DNA from: Gammaproteobacteria bacterium
Lineage (GTDB): Bacteria; Pseudomonadota; Gammaproteobacteria; CAJXQU01
Reading direction: 5' to 3'
NCBI GenBank assembly: GCA_965238175.1
Contig: CBDEGZ010000003.1
Location: 256,001-320,000, forward strand
Length of the DNA stretch: 64,000 nt
The notes below the pieces were generated by a model. The model was not told the DNA's origin, did no database searches, and saw nothing but the letters and a program-made list of their open reading frames with translations. Positions 50,412 through 61,843 of the stretch are shown here, one piece after another (position 1 is the first letter of the stretch; the number at the start of each line of letters is the position of its first letter). A program made the position numbers and the translations under genes.

Positions 50412-53400
50412 TTAGGTCACCAGTTCCATCATCAGTGTTTGTATTGCTGCTTGACTTTTTTCAAACAGAATACTGATCTCTTCTACCTGTGTATGGATAT
50501 TTTCTGTTTTAGCCATACAGCATTTCTCTTCCGTGTCTTTACAAAGTTCAAAAAGTTGTTGAATACCTAAAGCGCCACTACTTCCTTTTAAGGCATGCGT
50601 AGCACTTTTGACTCCTTCAAAGTTAGCCGCTTCCAGGTGACGTTCCATCTCAGTAATGTTTTTTTTGCCTGAGTTAACAAAAGCATCAATGATCAAATTC
50701 ATTGAATCTCCCATCGTCTCCATGGTTTCTTGAAACTTATGTTTGTCAATAATATCGGCTGCTGGCTTATGTCCTTTAGCTTTTATCTCATTCGAAATAC
50801 TTTCTTGAGATAAATTTTGATCTTGTACAACGAAATTCTTATTAAAGTTATTAACTTTTAAAGTTGTCAGACATCTAAATAGCATCTCAGACAGGCTCTT
50901 TAAGCTATAAGGTTTGGCAAGATAATCATCCATTCCTGCATCAAGACATTTTTCTCGATCACTTTCCATCGCGTTTGCTGTTAAAGCCACAATTGTAATA
51001 GGGTCTAGTGTGAACTCTGCTTCATGTTTTCTAATCATCTTGGTTGCTTCAAATCCATCTATTACTGGCATCTGACAATCCATCAGGATGAGATCGAAAT
51101 TTCCTACCCTTTGGAGATCTAAGGCTTCTTGTCCATTAGAAGCTACCTCAAAACTAAGCCCAAGTTTAGAGAGCATTTCTCGCCCCACGTGTTGATTAAC
51201 AGGATTGTCATCGACAAGCAGGATGTGCCCAGTCAATTTTTGGGTATCGTCAGAGGGGGCTTTTACTTTTTTCCATGAAGAGGTTTGCTTATTCAGAACA
51301 GTAACAATAGTGTCATACAGCATGGATTGCCTGATCGGTTTATTGAGCATCATATCTAGAAGATTTTCTTCATTGTTAACTCGCTCCAGACTCATCGAAC
51401 TCAGGAGAATGATCTTGAGATTAGCCAATGCGGAGTGGTTGCGAATTTCTGCAGCCACTTTCAATCCTGTTGTTTTGGGCATTTGCATATCTAACAATAA
51501 AATATCAAATGGTCGGTTTTGATCGGCAGCTTCTTTTAAGCGTTGAATGCCGATCTCAGGGTTAGTTTCAGTGATGTTCTTTGCACCCCAATTCTCAACA
51601 TACTCTTTCAGAATAAGACAATTGGTTTGATTATCGTCTATTGTTAGAAACCGGAGTGTGTCCATGTCTATCTCGAAATGACTTTCTCGAGGTAGGATAT
51701 TGAATGGCAATTCGAACCAGAAAGTTGATCCTTTACCCGCAGTACTGATAAGGCCAATTTCACCGCCCATCATTTCGATCAAATTTTTCGAGATTGTCAG
51801 ACCGAGTCCGGTACCGCCAAATTCACGGCTGGTTGAAGTATCGGCTTGCGTAAAGGCTTGAAACAATGAAACCTGCTTTTCTTCAGCAATCCCGATCCCG
51901 GAATCGATTACTTCGAAACGTAATCTACATTCTTCTGCTGATTCTTTTACCGTACTTATGTGAATACTTACTTCGCCTTCATATGTAAATTTTATTGCAT
52001 TACTTATAAGATTATTTAAAATTTGTTGTAGTCGTAAAACATCACCTTGCAGAATCGTTATTGTTTCTGGTGGAATGTAAACCGCAAGTTCAAGATTTTT
52101 CTGGCAAGCCAATTTGTAGAGAAGCTCTGCGGTATCTTCGACCGCTTTTCTTAGATCAAAATTAACTTTTTCGATATGTAATTTACCCGACTCAATTTTA
52201 GAAATATCAAGAATGTCGTTGATCACATTTAACAGCATGCTCGCTGATCCATGAGCGGTTTCAATGTAGCTTGCTGATTGCTGATCCAGATCCATATTGT
52301 TAAGTAGATCCAGCATGCCTAAAACACCGTTCATCGGGGTTCGGATCTCGTGACTCATATTTGCGAGAAAGTCAGATTTTGCCTGCGCCATATCCTCTGC
52401 ATTTTTTCGAGCCTGCTTTAATTCAGTATTGATCTTTTCATTTGCGATAGCGACACCGAGAAGATCACCAATGAAGTTAAGAGTATCCAATCGAGATTGA
52501 TCGCTCGAAGGGTATGGATCTGTATAGATAAAGAGAATGCCTAGAATTTTGCCACTATTCCAGAGAGGGACGATGTAATGACCATGAGGAGTTAGTTGAT
52601 CGAGTGTATTATCGTGATCAGTTTTTGAGGTGCAATAGTCCGAGATGAGTAGTTTTCCCGAAATTGCCACACTACCATAGAGCTCTTCGTAAACATCCAC
52701 CGTTTTTTCTTTCCAAACAAGTGCATTATCATCAGCACAATGTGCTACGAAGAGTTGTAGTTCTGATTTGTTATCTGCTAATAAGAAAACACTGGCGTTA
52801 TTTTGTGATTGTGCATCTTCTAATTTTGAAATCGTTTTGAGTGCATTGGCTACACGTTCTTCAAGACTTTCTTGCCCTTGAAGTATTTGTGCTACTTGAG
52901 CTCTTAGCAGAGCATCATTTTTATCTTTTGTATTTTGCAGATCCTGATCTTTGCTGGTCGTGATATCAGTTCGCATGGAAATATACTGGTAGGGTTTTCC
53001 CTCTTTATCCAAAAAAGGTACGATGGTTGAGTCTACCCAATAATAAGATCCATCTTTTGCCTTGTTTCTTATTTCACCATGCCAAACTTGTCCACTGGCG
53101 ATTGTTTGCCACATGTCTTTAAAAAAGGACGGCAAGTGTTTATTAGAATTTATGATGCGATGATCTTGTCCTAAAAGTTCATCTTTTGAGTATTTACTAA
53201 GTTCAATAAATCTATCGTTAACGTGAGTTATTTCGCCGCAGACGTTGGCTTTGCTGATAATGGCATGCTGATCCAGTGCATATTGTTGATTTGCCAGTTC
53301 GTTCTCTTTTTGGTCGTTTTCAAATTTCAGGTGAAGGTTTGCAAGATAATTTTTATTGATCCGCATGGCACCATTAAATTGGAATAGAAAGGAAAATAAC

Positions 53401-53921
53401 ATGATCGCCGAGAGTGCTGTGTCAAGTGAAGAACCTTCCATTAAAAGGCGAATTTCTACAGGGATCATAATCAGTATGACAAAAGAAGAAACAACAACCC
53501 GATGGTGTGATAAGGCGATTGTTGCAAAGAGTGAGATACTTGAAATCATCAGCACCATAAAGATCTGATATTCCGTATTACTGGCAGAAAAAATATTCCA
53601 GAACAAAAGACTCCATCCAACAGCAGTGGCAGATGATCCGATCATAAATCGGTACAAATACAATTTTGGGTTGAGAGTGTCAGGGTTTGAGTTCGAATAA
53701 TGTATTACATCCAATGCACGAAAGAATATGATTATTGCAATGGGAATGAGCCAGAGTGATTCAGTACGATCACCGCCGATTTCACGAGTGTTGGTAAAAT
53801 AAATAATGATGCCAATAATGAAATAGTTCACGAATGAATAGGGGACGCCACTGTAAAGCGATTTAACTTGTTCCTTGAGCAGTAAATTTTTGGATTTATC
53901 AGTAGTCATAATTTTCCGCAT
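50412..53921 (-). CDS. Hybrid sensor histidine kinase (TM-PAS-GAF-HisKA-HATPase-REC-REC-Hpt)
   Basis: Several N-terminal TM helices, PAS (W.GEI.N.AKDG..YW), GAF, FLANMSHEIRTPM, two REC domains and Hpt HALKGSS. The start is uncertain (53930/53921/53909). Confidence 0.92.
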   Translation of the reverse strand: MRKIMTTDKSKNLLLKEQVKSLYSGVPYSFVNYFIIGIIIYFTNTREIGGDRTESLWLIPIAIIIFFRALDVIHYSNSNPDTLNPKLYLYRFMIGSSATAVGWSLLFWNIFSASNTEYQIFMVLMISSISLFATIALSHHRVVVSSFVILIMIPVEIRLLMEGSSLDTALSAIMLFSFLFQFNGAMRINKNYLANLHLKFENDQKENELANQQYALDQHAIISKANVCGEITHVNDRFIELSKYSKDELLGQDHRIINSNKHLPSFFKDMWQTIASGQVWHGEIRNKAKDGSYYWVDSTIVPFLDKEGKPYQYISMRTDITTSKDQDLQNTKDKNDALLRAQVAQILQGQESLEERVANALKTISKLEDAQSQNNASVFLLADNKSELQLFVAHCADDNALVWKEKTVDVYEELYGSVAISGKLLISDYCTSKTDHDNTLDQLTPHGHYIVPLWNSGKILGILFIYTDPYPSSDQSRLDTLNFIGDLLGVAIANEKINTELKQARKNAEDMAQAKSDFLANMSHEIRTPMNGVLGMLDLLNNMDLDQQSASYIETAHGSASMLLNVINDILDISKIESGKLHIEKVNFDLRKAVEDTAELLYKLACQKNLELAVYIPPETITILQGDVLRLQQILNNLISNAIKFTYEGEVSIHISTVKESAEECRLRFEVIDSGIGIAEEKQVSLFQAFTQADTSTSREFGGTGLGLTISKNLIEMMGGEIGLISTAGKGSTFWFELPFNILPRESHFEIDMDTLRFLTIDDNQTNCLILKEYVENWGAKNITETNPEIGIQRLKEAADQNRPFDILLLDMQMPKTTGLKVAAEIRNHSALANLKIILLSSMSLERVNNEENLLDMMLNKPIRQSMLYDTIVTVLNKQTSSWKKVKAPSDDTQKLTGHILLVDDNPVNQHVGREMLSKLGLSFEVASNGQEALDLQRVGNFDLILMDCQMPVIDGFEATKMIRKHEAEFTLDPITIVALTANAMESDREKCLDAGMDDYLAKPYSLKSLSEMLFRCLTTLKVNNFNKNFVVQDQNLSQESISNEIKAKGHKPAADIIDKHKFQETMETMGDSMNLIIDAFVNSGKKNITEMERHLEAANFEGVKSATHALKGSSGALGIQQLFELCKDTEEKCCMAKTENIHTQVEEISILFEKSQAAIQTLMMELVT

Positions 53922-54019
53922 ATTTTTCAAATTTTCAAAATAAACAAGGAGTTAGGTAAGGAAAATGCGAAAGCAAGATTTGAACCAAATTTGTGTCTTT
54001 GAATTGATATAATCGTCTT

Positions 54020-55120
54020 ATGCAAAACAACGAAAAAATAATGGTAGGTCTTTCGGGTGGCGTTGACTCTTCAGTTTCAGCACTGTTATTACACAAGCAA
54101 GGTTTTGAGATTGAAGGTTTGTTTATGAAAAATTGGGAAGAAGATGATTCTGATCAATATTGTGCCGCTACTGAAGATGTTAAAGATGCCCAATCGATAT
54201 GCAACAAAATCGGGATTAAATTAAATACGGTAAATTTCTCGATTGAGTATTGGGAAGAAGTCTTTGAACGTTTTGTAAAAGAGTACTCTGAGGGTTTGAC
54301 ACCTAACCCTGATATTCTTTGTAATCGTGAGATCAAATTTAAAGCATTCCTTGAACATGCAACCGACTTAGGTGCCAAAAGAATTGCTACGGGACATTAC
54401 GCTCGGGTGTCTGAAAAAAACGGAGAATATTTTCTTTTAAGAGGCAAAGATCAAAATAAAGATCAAAGCTATTTCCTATATACCTTAGGACAAAAGGAAC
54501 TCTCGCGAACACTTTTTCCGGTCGGTGAGTTGGATAAACCAGAGGTTCGCAAGCTGGCAGAGGAGGCTGCTTTGATTACGCATGACAAAAAAGACAGTAC
54601 AGGGATCTGTTTTATTGGTGAACGTCCATTCCGGGAATTTCTGAGCAAATATATTCCAGCACAAGCTGGCGAAATACAGACAATAGATGGCAAAGTGATC
54701 GGTTATCACAGCGGTGCCATGTACTACACTTTTGGACAACGTAAAGGGTTGGGGATAGGTGGTGTGAAAGGGGTGTCTGAAGAGCCCTGGTTTGTGATTG
54801 ATAAGAATGTTGAAAAAAATATTATTATTGCTGGGCAGGGACATGATCACCCAATGCTTTTCAGTGAAGGTTTAGAAGCAACAGAATTAAACTGGGTTGC
54901 TGGAAAAGCGCCTGAAGGTGTTTTTCAATGCACGGCAAAAACACGTTATCGACAAACCGATCAACAATGTACAGTAGCAAAAATGTTTGAAGATCGGTTT
55001 CGTGTCATATTTGATCAGCCTCAAAGAGCGGTTACACCAGGTCAGTCTGTAGTATTCTATGATGAAGATATGTGCTTGGGAGGGGGGGTCATTCAAAAGA
55101 TTATCAAGGAACCTAATTGA
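54020..55120 (+). CDS. mnmA: tRNA 2-thiouridylase
   Basis: [28 protein letters not shown] and PGQ. Confidence 0.97.
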   Translation: MQNNEKIMVGLSGGVDSSVSALLLHKQGFEIEGLFMKNWEEDDSDQYCAATEDVKDAQSICNKIGIKLNTVNFSIEYWEEVFERFVKEYSEGLTPNPDILCNREIKFKAFLEHATDLGAKRIATGHYARVSEKNGEYFLLRGKDQNKDQSYFLYTLGQKELSRTLFPVGELDKPEVRKLAEEAALITHDKKDSTGICFIGERPFREFLSKYIPAQAGEIQTIDGKVIGYHSGAMYYTFGQRKGLGIGGVKGVSEEPWFVIDKNVEKNIIIAGQGHDHPMLFSEGLEATELNWVAGKAPEGVFQCTAKTRYRQTDQQCTVAKMFEDRFRVIFDQPQRAVTPGQSVVFYDEDMCLGGGVIQKIIKEPN

Positions 55121-55313
55121 TACTTTTGTGTCATATGCAGGTATATGGAGCCTTTGATCAATTTATAAACGGTCAGTTTGAGTCAACAATATTCAATCTC
55201 TGTGTTAGGAGACTGCATAATAGAACCACTTGCGTTTCGTGCCTTGACCTTGAATATTTTGAATCTCAACTTGCCTCGTTCAGACATATCAGAAGCTCCT
55301 TAAACAATTAAAG

Positions 55314-55925
55314 GTGAGAAAAATGAAATTAAGTAAATTATTCGCAGTGATTGCAGGTCTTATTTTTATCAGTAGTTTTGTGTTGAGTACACAAGTTTCT
55401 GGGGAATCGGATCCAGGTACAGAAATGTCTAGTGATGTTATTTCAGAGAATGACAAATTATTTGCGGATTGGGTTAAAAACAATCAGGATTTTCAAAAGC
55501 CATCACCAGATGCTCTTGAAAATCAACTGACTCAACTACAATATGAAGTGACACAAGAAGAAGGTACAGAAAGACCGTTTAAAAACGAATATTGGGATAA
55601 TAAAACGGATGGTATCTATGTTGATGTTGTTTCAGGTGAACCACTTTTCAGTTCTACACATAAATTTAAATCTGGTACCGGCTGGCCGAGTTTTTATCGT
55701 GCGATCAGTGAAGATGCAATGGTGAAAAAATCGGATTTAAGTTTGTTTGGCGTGCGTACAGAACTACGAAGCAGTGTTGCAGATAGTCACCTTGGTCATG
55801 TTTTTGAAGATGGTCCAGCACCTACAGGAAAACGGTATTGCATCAATTCTGCATCATTGAAATTTATTCCAAAAGAAGAACTTGAATCTGCTGGATATGG
55901 AAAATTCCTCCTACTATTTGAGTGA
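55314..55925 (+). CDS. msrB: Exported peptide-methionine (R)-S-oxide reductase
   Basis: N-terminal signal or TM segment; GTERPF, GWPSF, HLGHVF.DGP and RYCINS. Confidence 0.93.
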   Translation: MRKMKLSKLFAVIAGLIFISSFVLSTQVSGESDPGTEMSSDVISENDKLFADWVKNNQDFQKPSPDALENQLTQLQYEVTQEEGTERPFKNEYWDNKTDGIYVDVVSGEPLFSSTHKFKSGTGWPSFYRAISEDAMVKKSDLSLFGVRTELRSSVADSHLGHVFEDGPAPTGKRYCINSASLKFIPKEELESAGYGKFLLLFE

Positions 55926-55970
55926 GAATCTTTTTGGTTGTAAATACGCCTGATTTATTTGAGCTATCAT

Positions 55971-55999
55971 AATAAGCCTCCTGGAATAGGAGGCTTATT
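55971..55999 (+). terminator. Hairpin after msrB
   Basis: AATAAGCCTCCT-ggaat-AGGAGGCTTATT followed by an AT-rich tail. Confidence 0.75.
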
Positions 56000-56032
56000 A
56001 TTTAATAACTTTAAAACTTCAGGGGAATAAAG

Positions 56033-56569
56033 GTGAATTTGTTAAAAGGTCTTTTTTACACGATTATCGGTTTGACGTTGGCGTTTTTAATTGTTGGGTA
56101 TCTCTTACCTCAACAACGTCTGGTTGAACGAAGTATTGTCATTTCTGCCCCTGTTGCAGAAGTATATCAGCAGATAAATAGCCCTAAGTCTTTTAATCAA
56201 TGGTCACCTTGGGCGAAGCTTGATCCAAATATGCAATTTAATTATGTAGGGCCAGAATCGGGTAAAGGTTCTTCTATGACATGGTTTAGTGCAAATGAAG
56301 CTGTTGGCTCAGGTAGTTGGATGATTACCGATGTGATTGAAAATGAGCACTTGGCTATAGATTTGGAATTTACTGGGCAAGGTAAATCCGCGTCATCATT
56401 TGATCTTAAACCCGAAGGCGTTGGCACCCAAGTCACATGGGGGTTTGTGATGGACGCTGGTATGAATCCGATGCACCGTTGGTTTGGCTTGATGATGGAT
56501 AGTTGGGTTGGAGCAGATTACGAGAAAGGCTTATCAGATCTAAAAATACTGATGGAGTCAGACAATTAG
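56033..56569 (+). CDS. SRPBCC (polyketide cyclase-like) family protein
   Basis: VERSIVISAP, WSPW, TQVTW and YEKGL..LK. Confidence 0.88.
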   Translation: MNLLKGLFYTIIGLTLAFLIVGYLLPQQRLVERSIVISAPVAEVYQQINSPKSFNQWSPWAKLDPNMQFNYVGPESGKGSSMTWFSANEAVGSGSWMITDVIENEHLAIDLEFTGQGKSASSFDLKPEGVGTQVTWGFVMDAGMNPMHRWFGLMMDSWVGADYEKGLSDLKILMESDN

Positions 56570-57055
56570 ATCAAATTCATAAGGTATTGAATTTTATATT
56601 TAATTCATCATTTCAAAATTAATGGTTATGAATTACTTAAATAAGAGATCTGCTTAAGCCATATTAAAATGGCTAAAATCCTGATAACCCAAAGTCGATA
56701 TGTTTTCTTTCAAACAATAAACCACTAAAATTCCCCAATAGATCTAAATAATGGTTATATATAACTCTGTGATGAGCGTGTAGAGTGTTCTATCTGAAAG
56801 ATATTCAGGTCCAGTTAAAAGTATCATAATCTAGAATAAGGGAATATTAGAAAACTAAGTGAACACTTGTTTTTTCTGTCTCAAATTTAAGATTAGGTGT
56901 TATAGGCCGATTTAAGATTAATAACAAATGTTAAAACGTCTGTTATTGAACGTTTATTAAGGATAGACTGTCGCCAGCTATATTTTTCAAAGAGTCATGG
57001 AAGACTCAAGTCTATGAAAAGCAAATAGACCTTCATAAGTACAAGGAGAGACACA

Positions 57056-57493
57056 TTGAAGCAGTTATTACCATTTTTATTCTTAAATCTTTTAACTCCT
57101 CTTAATTCTCAAGCAGTCGATATTGACTTTGAACAACTAGAATATGTTGATGCTGCCACAAGTATTCATAACTCGCAGCACATTGATGCTGAATATTCGT
57201 TAGATCAGGCTACTTCAAAAGCAATTTCACTTACCACATTTGAAACTGCAGAAAGCCGAGATACAGACTCAACTACGCAAACCAACAATACAGGTGCTGT
57301 TAAACTTACCAGATTTGGTGCTGATCTTTTAAATCTAGCGAGTATTGATCTAGCAGAGCTAATTGATCCTATTACAGCGAATGTTACATTCACAAAAGAT
57401 GAGGAACTCTCACAAGTATCCACACTTGATGGTCTTATTCATAATGCAAAAGCATTCACATTAATGATAAACTTTGAGGTTGTTCAATGGTAA
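57056..57493 (+). CDS. Hypothetical secreted protein
   Basis: RBS AGGAG, TTG start and a signal peptide (…SQA). Confidence 0.55.
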   Translation: MKQLLPFLFLNLLTPLNSQAVDIDFEQLEYVDAATSIHNSQHIDAEYSLDQATSKAISLTTFETAESRDTDSTTQTNNTGAVKLTRFGADLLNLASIDLAELIDPITANVTFTKDEELSQVSTLDGLIHNAKAFTLMINFEVVQW

Positions 57494-57678
57494 CCTGGAC
57501 TTAAATCAAGGTTCTGTTTACCTGTAAATATAAGGGTTTTCGCTTCCATAGTTTCAGAACAACCGCCGATTAGTTCTGCTGCACAGTTAGTAATGCTGAT
57601 GAAAGATAAATTATAGTATTCTAGAGAGTAAACTTTTTTATTTATTGCTGATAGACATCCCAGGTATTCAAGTTTGGT

Positions 57679-58593
57679 TTAGCTAAATAATCCTTCAACA
57701 GATAAATATCGTTCACCTGTATCGTATGAAAAAGTCAGTACCCGACTCCCATCTGGAATATCACTCATTATCTGATTAATTGCGGCCAGGGACGCACCCG
57801 AAGAAACTCCCACAAAAATACCTTCCTCTTTAACGCAGCGACGGGCAAAATCAAAGGCAGCAGGATTTGATACTTGTACTATATCATCAAGTAGATCAGT
57901 CTTTAAATTGTCTGGAATAAAACCGGCCCCAATACCTTGGATCATATGTGGACCTGGTTGACCACCACTGATCACGGGAGACGCTTCTGGCTCTACGGCA
58001 ATGACTTTCAGGTTAGGCCAAGCTGCTTTTAACACTTCAGCACAACCACTTATATGACCACCTGTGCCGACGCCAGTGACCAGATAGTCTAAACCTTCAG
58101 GAAAATCAGCAAGAATTTCCTTAGCCGTTGTTTCTTTGTGGACAACTATATTTGTTGGATTTGTAAATTGTGAAGGCATCCAATTGTTATCATCTTCAGC
58201 CACCAGTTCTTCTGCTTTTGCTATTGCTCCGGGCATTCCTTTTTCCCGTGGAGTGAGTTCTAGTTCAGCGCCTAAGGCTTGCATATAACGTCGACGTTCT
58301 AAAGACATTGATTCAGGCATGACCAGAACCAAATGATAACCTTTAACTGCAGCAACAAGTGCCAACCCAATTCCAGTATTTCCAGAGGTAGGTTCAATAA
58401 TTACAGAATTAGAAGTAAGAAGCCCTTTTTTCTCCGCATCTTCGATCATGGCTAATGCAATTCTATCCTTAATACTGGCGCCAGGATTTGATCGTTCCAG
58501 TTTCATCCAGACCTCAATTCTTGGATCAAATAATCGGTTAATTCGAACCTGTGGAGTGTTACCAATACCTTCGAGGATATTATTTAATTTCAT
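57679..58593 (-). CDS. cysK: Cysteine synthase A
   Basis: [22 protein letters not shown] and HMIQGIG. Confidence 0.95.
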   Translation of the reverse strand: MKLNNILEGIGNTPQVRINRLFDPRIEVWMKLERSNPGASIKDRIALAMIEDAEKKGLLTSNSVIIEPTSGNTGIGLALVAAVKGYHLVLVMPESMSLERRRYMQALGAELELTPREKGMPGAIAKAEELVAEDDNNWMPSQFTNPTNIVVHKETTAKEILADFPEGLDYLVTGVGTGGHISGCAEVLKAAWPNLKVIAVEPEASPVISGGQPGPHMIQGIGAGFIPDNLKTDLLDDIVQVSNPAAFDFARRCVKEEGIFVGVSSGASLAAINQIMSDIPDGSRVLTFSYDTGERYLSVEGLFS

Positions 58594-58666
58594 TAGATTA
58601 AACCTTCTTAATATTCTGTATTATTATATATACCAGCCTGCTCATCCCAAACTATTCTATGTCAGT

Positions 58667-58981
58667 TTATTTAATAAAAGAGCAGCAATAATCTGTAGCT
58701 TCAATTATTTTTAAACTGAAACTTGAATTGGCTGGTACATCGAAATCCTGGCCACCTTCAATAGCTACCCAATCATTATTATCTGGCAATAAGACTTCTA
58801 GCTTTCCTGACATGATCTCCATGTTTTCTTTATCATCTGTGTTGAATTGATATTCACCCGGTAACATGAAACCCAGTGTTTTCATCGTCCCGTCTTCAAA
58901 ATGTACAGAGCGACTTGAAACATTTCCATCAAAATAAACGTTAGCTTTTTTGATGATTCTTATATTATGAAATTCCGACAT
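58667..58981 (-). CDS. ppnP: Pyrimidine/purine nucleoside phosphorylase (DUF1255)
   Basis: ANVYFDGNVSSR, KTLG..LPGEY.F.T, F.VPANSSF and DYCC. Confidence 0.92.
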   Translation of the reverse strand: MSEFHNIRIIKKANVYFDGNVSSRSVHFEDGTMKTLGFMLPGEYQFNTDDKENMEIMSGKLEVLLPDNNDWVAIEGGQDFDVPANSSFSLKIIEATDYCCSFIK

Positions 58982-59092
58982 TCTTGATCCCTTAATTAAA
59001 TAGTAATGAATGCTTGGATGCTATCTTATTCATCTAAAAAATAATAGGATCTAAGCGACTATCAGCGATGAATATATGATGAGAGATTTACC

Positions 59093-60052
59093 ATGAAAAA
59101 GGCCATTTTATTTATTTGTTTGTTTTTAACTGCTGCTTGCGATTCTGATGAAGAACGTACGACGTCTACTGACACTTCAGCATCAGCAGAAAACAAGATG
59201 GGTTTCAATCTAACTGAAATTGCCGAAGGTATTTTCGTACATCAAGGTGTGCATGTTGAGATTGATCACGAGAATCACGCAGATGTTGCGAATATTGGTT
59301 TTATTGTTGGTGACGAATGTGTTGCGGTGATTGATACCGGTGGTTCAATTGCAAATGGTTTAAAACTACGAGAGTTAATTAAAACTAAAACTGATAAACA
59401 AATTTGTTATGTGATCAACACGCATGTGCATTTTGATCATGTTTTGGGAAATCATGCCTTCAAACAAGACAACCCAAAATATGTCGGACATAAAAATCTT
59501 GCAGATGCTCTGCTTCAAAATCGTGAGTTTTTCTTAGAAGAATTTGCTGCGGATTTAGGTGAAAATCCTACGGTTGATCATATTATTGGTCCAGAGGTCT
59601 TGGTTGAAGATACAATGGAAATTGATCTGGGAAATCGAAAATTATTATTAACCGCACATTCCAAAGCTCACACCACAACAGACTTAACGATTTTAGATCA
59701 AAAAACAAATATTTTATGGACCGGTGATTTGTTGTTTATGGAAAGAGTGCCTGTGATCGATAGTAGTCTTAAGCCCTGGTTTGCTGTTATGGAAGGGATG
59801 CATAAGCATGAATATAAGTTGGTCGTACCCGGACATGGGCCAACGTCTGCGTCCTGGCCGGAGGCGATGGAACCCCAACAGCAGTATTTTAAAGTCCTGA
59901 TCGATGAAACACGACAAGCAATTGCCGACGGGGTTTTTCTTGGTGATGCCTTGACTAAAGTTGCACAGTCTGAGAAAGATAACTGGGTGTTATTTGAAAA
60001 CTTAAACCAACGTGCTGTGAGTCGAGCCTATCAGGAATTGGAATGGGAATGA
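59093..60052 (+). CDS. MBL-fold metallohydrolase lipoprotein (SoxH/quinoprotein-relay type)
   Basis: Lipobox TAAC; ANIGFIVG, THVHFDH, AHT, GDL, PGHG and a terminal ELEWE. Confidence 0.85.
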   Translation: MKKAILFICLFLTAACDSDEERTTSTDTSASAENKMGFNLTEIAEGIFVHQGVHVEIDHENHADVANIGFIVGDECVAVIDTGGSIANGLKLRELIKTKTDKQICYVINTHVHFDHVLGNHAFKQDNPKYVGHKNLADALLQNREFFLEEFAADLGENPTVDHIIGPEVLVEDTMEIDLGNRKLLLTAHSKAHTTTDLTILDQKTNILWTGDLLFMERVPVIDSSLKPWFAVMEGMHKHEYKLVVPGHGPTSASWPEAMEPQQQYFKVLIDETRQAIADGVFLGDALTKVAQSEKDNWVLFENLNQRAVSRAYQELEWE

Positions 60053-60104
60053 TTACTTAAAAGTATTTAGGCAAAAATAATTCACTTCATTTAATGGCAA
60101 TCAA

Positions 60105-61190
60105 TTAACCAGCCATTAAATGAAGTGAATCTTTCAATAAAGACATACTGATTTTCTCACCAATTTTAAGTTGGTTTCTCTCTACAACATGAGGGGGGAG
60201 ATCCATATGTAATTTTAATTCCGGGTGAGAATCTATAGCGACAATTACATTACTCACACCGCTGATTTTGACCAGCTCAATAATGTGACCCGATACCGGA
60301 TTTTCACGAACACCATTGGATGGATTTACTCGTCTATGCAGTAAAACTTTATCCGCTGAGATGCACCAATTAATTTTATCGGAATTAGAAAAATCTTGTT
60401 GATAAGGTGTATTAAATTGGATCCCTGCCCATTCGATCAATGAATTATTTTCTTCTCTATTTTGATCAATTAAATTTCCTTTAAAAATATTCCTCACATC
60501 CATTAAGCGTGCAACTAAAGCATTTTTTGGAGTGTTAAAAACTTCTTCTGGCGATCCAATTTGCAGTCCTTGCCCATTGTGTATGACACAAAGCTTGTCG
60601 GCGAGCATGGCGGCCTCATCCAGATCATGTGTGACTAAAATAATTGGGATATTTAGCTTGCGGATCAACTCCAACAGTTCGAGCCTTAACTTTCTTCTTG
60701 TTACTTGATCGACGGCAGAAAAAGGTTCGTCAAGTAATAAAACATCCGGTTTTCTAGCCAATGCACGAGCCAATGCAACGCGTTGTTGCTGACCGCCGGA
60801 AAGTGTTGTTGGAAGCCGATCATCTAAACCTTGAAGGTTAACTGCTGACAGTAAATCTTCAACATTCGAAGTACTCTTTTTTTCTATACTGATCTCGATA
60901 TTTTTTTTAACACTTAAATGAGGAAACAAAGCATAGTTTTGAAACACCATACCAACATGACGTTTTTGTGTTGAGATATTGATTTTTTTTTTCTGATCAA
61001 ACCAAACATTCTGCTTACATTTAATTAAACCCTGATCAGTTTTAAATAAACCGGCAATACAGCGTAAGGCCGTTGTTTTACCGCTACCTGAAGGGCCAAC
61101 TAAGGCGAGTACTTTTCCTGGGTCACATTTAAATTCAAGATCTAAAGGAATACCTTTGGTATTTTTTAATTTTACGGTTAGTCCTGTCAT
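60105..61190 (-). CDS. modC: Molybdate ABC transporter ATPase
   Basis: GPSGSGKT, LSGGQ, LLDEPF and a TOBE-like C-terminus; lies next to modB. Confidence 0.85.
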   Translation of the reverse strand: MTGLTVKLKNTKGIPLDLEFKCDPGKVLALVGPSGSGKTTALRCIAGLFKTDQGLIKCKQNVWFDQKKKINISTQKRHVGMVFQNYALFPHLSVKKNIEISIEKKSTSNVEDLLSAVNLQGLDDRLPTTLSGGQQQRVALARALARKPDVLLLDEPFSAVDQVTRRKLRLELLELIRKLNIPIILVTHDLDEAAMLADKLCVIHNGQGLQIGSPEEVFNTPKNALVARLMDVRNIFKGNLIDQNREENNSLIEWAGIQFNTPYQQDFSNSDKINWCISADKVLLHRRVNPSNGVRENPVSGHIIELVKISGVSNVIVAIDSHPELKLHMDLPPHVVERNQLKIGEKISMSLLKDSLHLMAG

Positions 61191-61843
61191 GGCTGTCGTT
61201 TATTTAACAAGAAAACAAGACTAATTGTCACAAAAGCGAAGATTAATAAAACTAAAGACATAACCTTAGCTGACTCATCATTAAAACTTTGCACTTGATC
61301 AAAAATAGCGATAGAGATAGTACGCGTTTCACCAGGAATATTTCCACCCAACATTAAGACCACACCGAACTCACCAAGAGTATGTGCAAACGCCAACACC
61401 ATACCGGAAAGAATGCCCGGCCAGGCTAATGGTAATTCAATTCTAAAAAAAGTTTTCCATCGATCAAGACCACTGCACCAGGCGGCTTCTCTTAATTTTT
61501 TTGGAATTGCTTCAAACGCACGCAGCATTGGCTGTACCGCAAATGGCAGGCTATAAATTAAAGATGCGATCAAAAGCCCAGCAAAAGAGAAGACTAAAGT
61601 ATTTCCAGTGACCTTTTCATAAAAGCCACCAAGCCACGAACCTTTACCCATAAAAGATAATAAATAGAATCCTAAAACGGTTGGAGGTAAAACCAGCGGT
61701 AGTGCGACCGTTGCTTCAACAAATGCTTTACCTCGGAACTGTCGCCATGCAAGAAAACGTGCAATCAATAGCCCGACAAAAAGTAAAATGATCATAATGC
61801 AGGCTGCAAGTTTTAATGACAAATAGAAAGCCATCCAATCCAT
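61187..61843 (-). CDS. modB: Molybdate ABC transporter permease
   Basis: LPLVLPPTVLGFYLL, FAHTLGEFGVVLM.GGNIPGETRT. Likely ATG at 61843 (MDW). Confidence 0.92.
   Translation of the reverse strand: MDWMAFYLSLKLAACIMIILLFVGLLIARFLAWRQFRGKAFVEATVALPLVLPPTVLGFYLLSFMGKGSWLGGFYEKVTGNTLVFSFAGLLIASLIYSLPFAVQPMLRAFEAIPKKLREAAWCSGLDRWKTFFRIELPLAWPGILSGMVLAFAHTLGEFGVVLMLGGNIPGETRTISIAIFDQVQSFNDESAKVMSLVLLIFAFVTISLVFLLNKRQP

Noticed and set aside
55117-55311. 64-aa ORF between mnmA and msrB
   Set aside because: It has a TTG start with no convincing similarity or motif and is probably intergenic.
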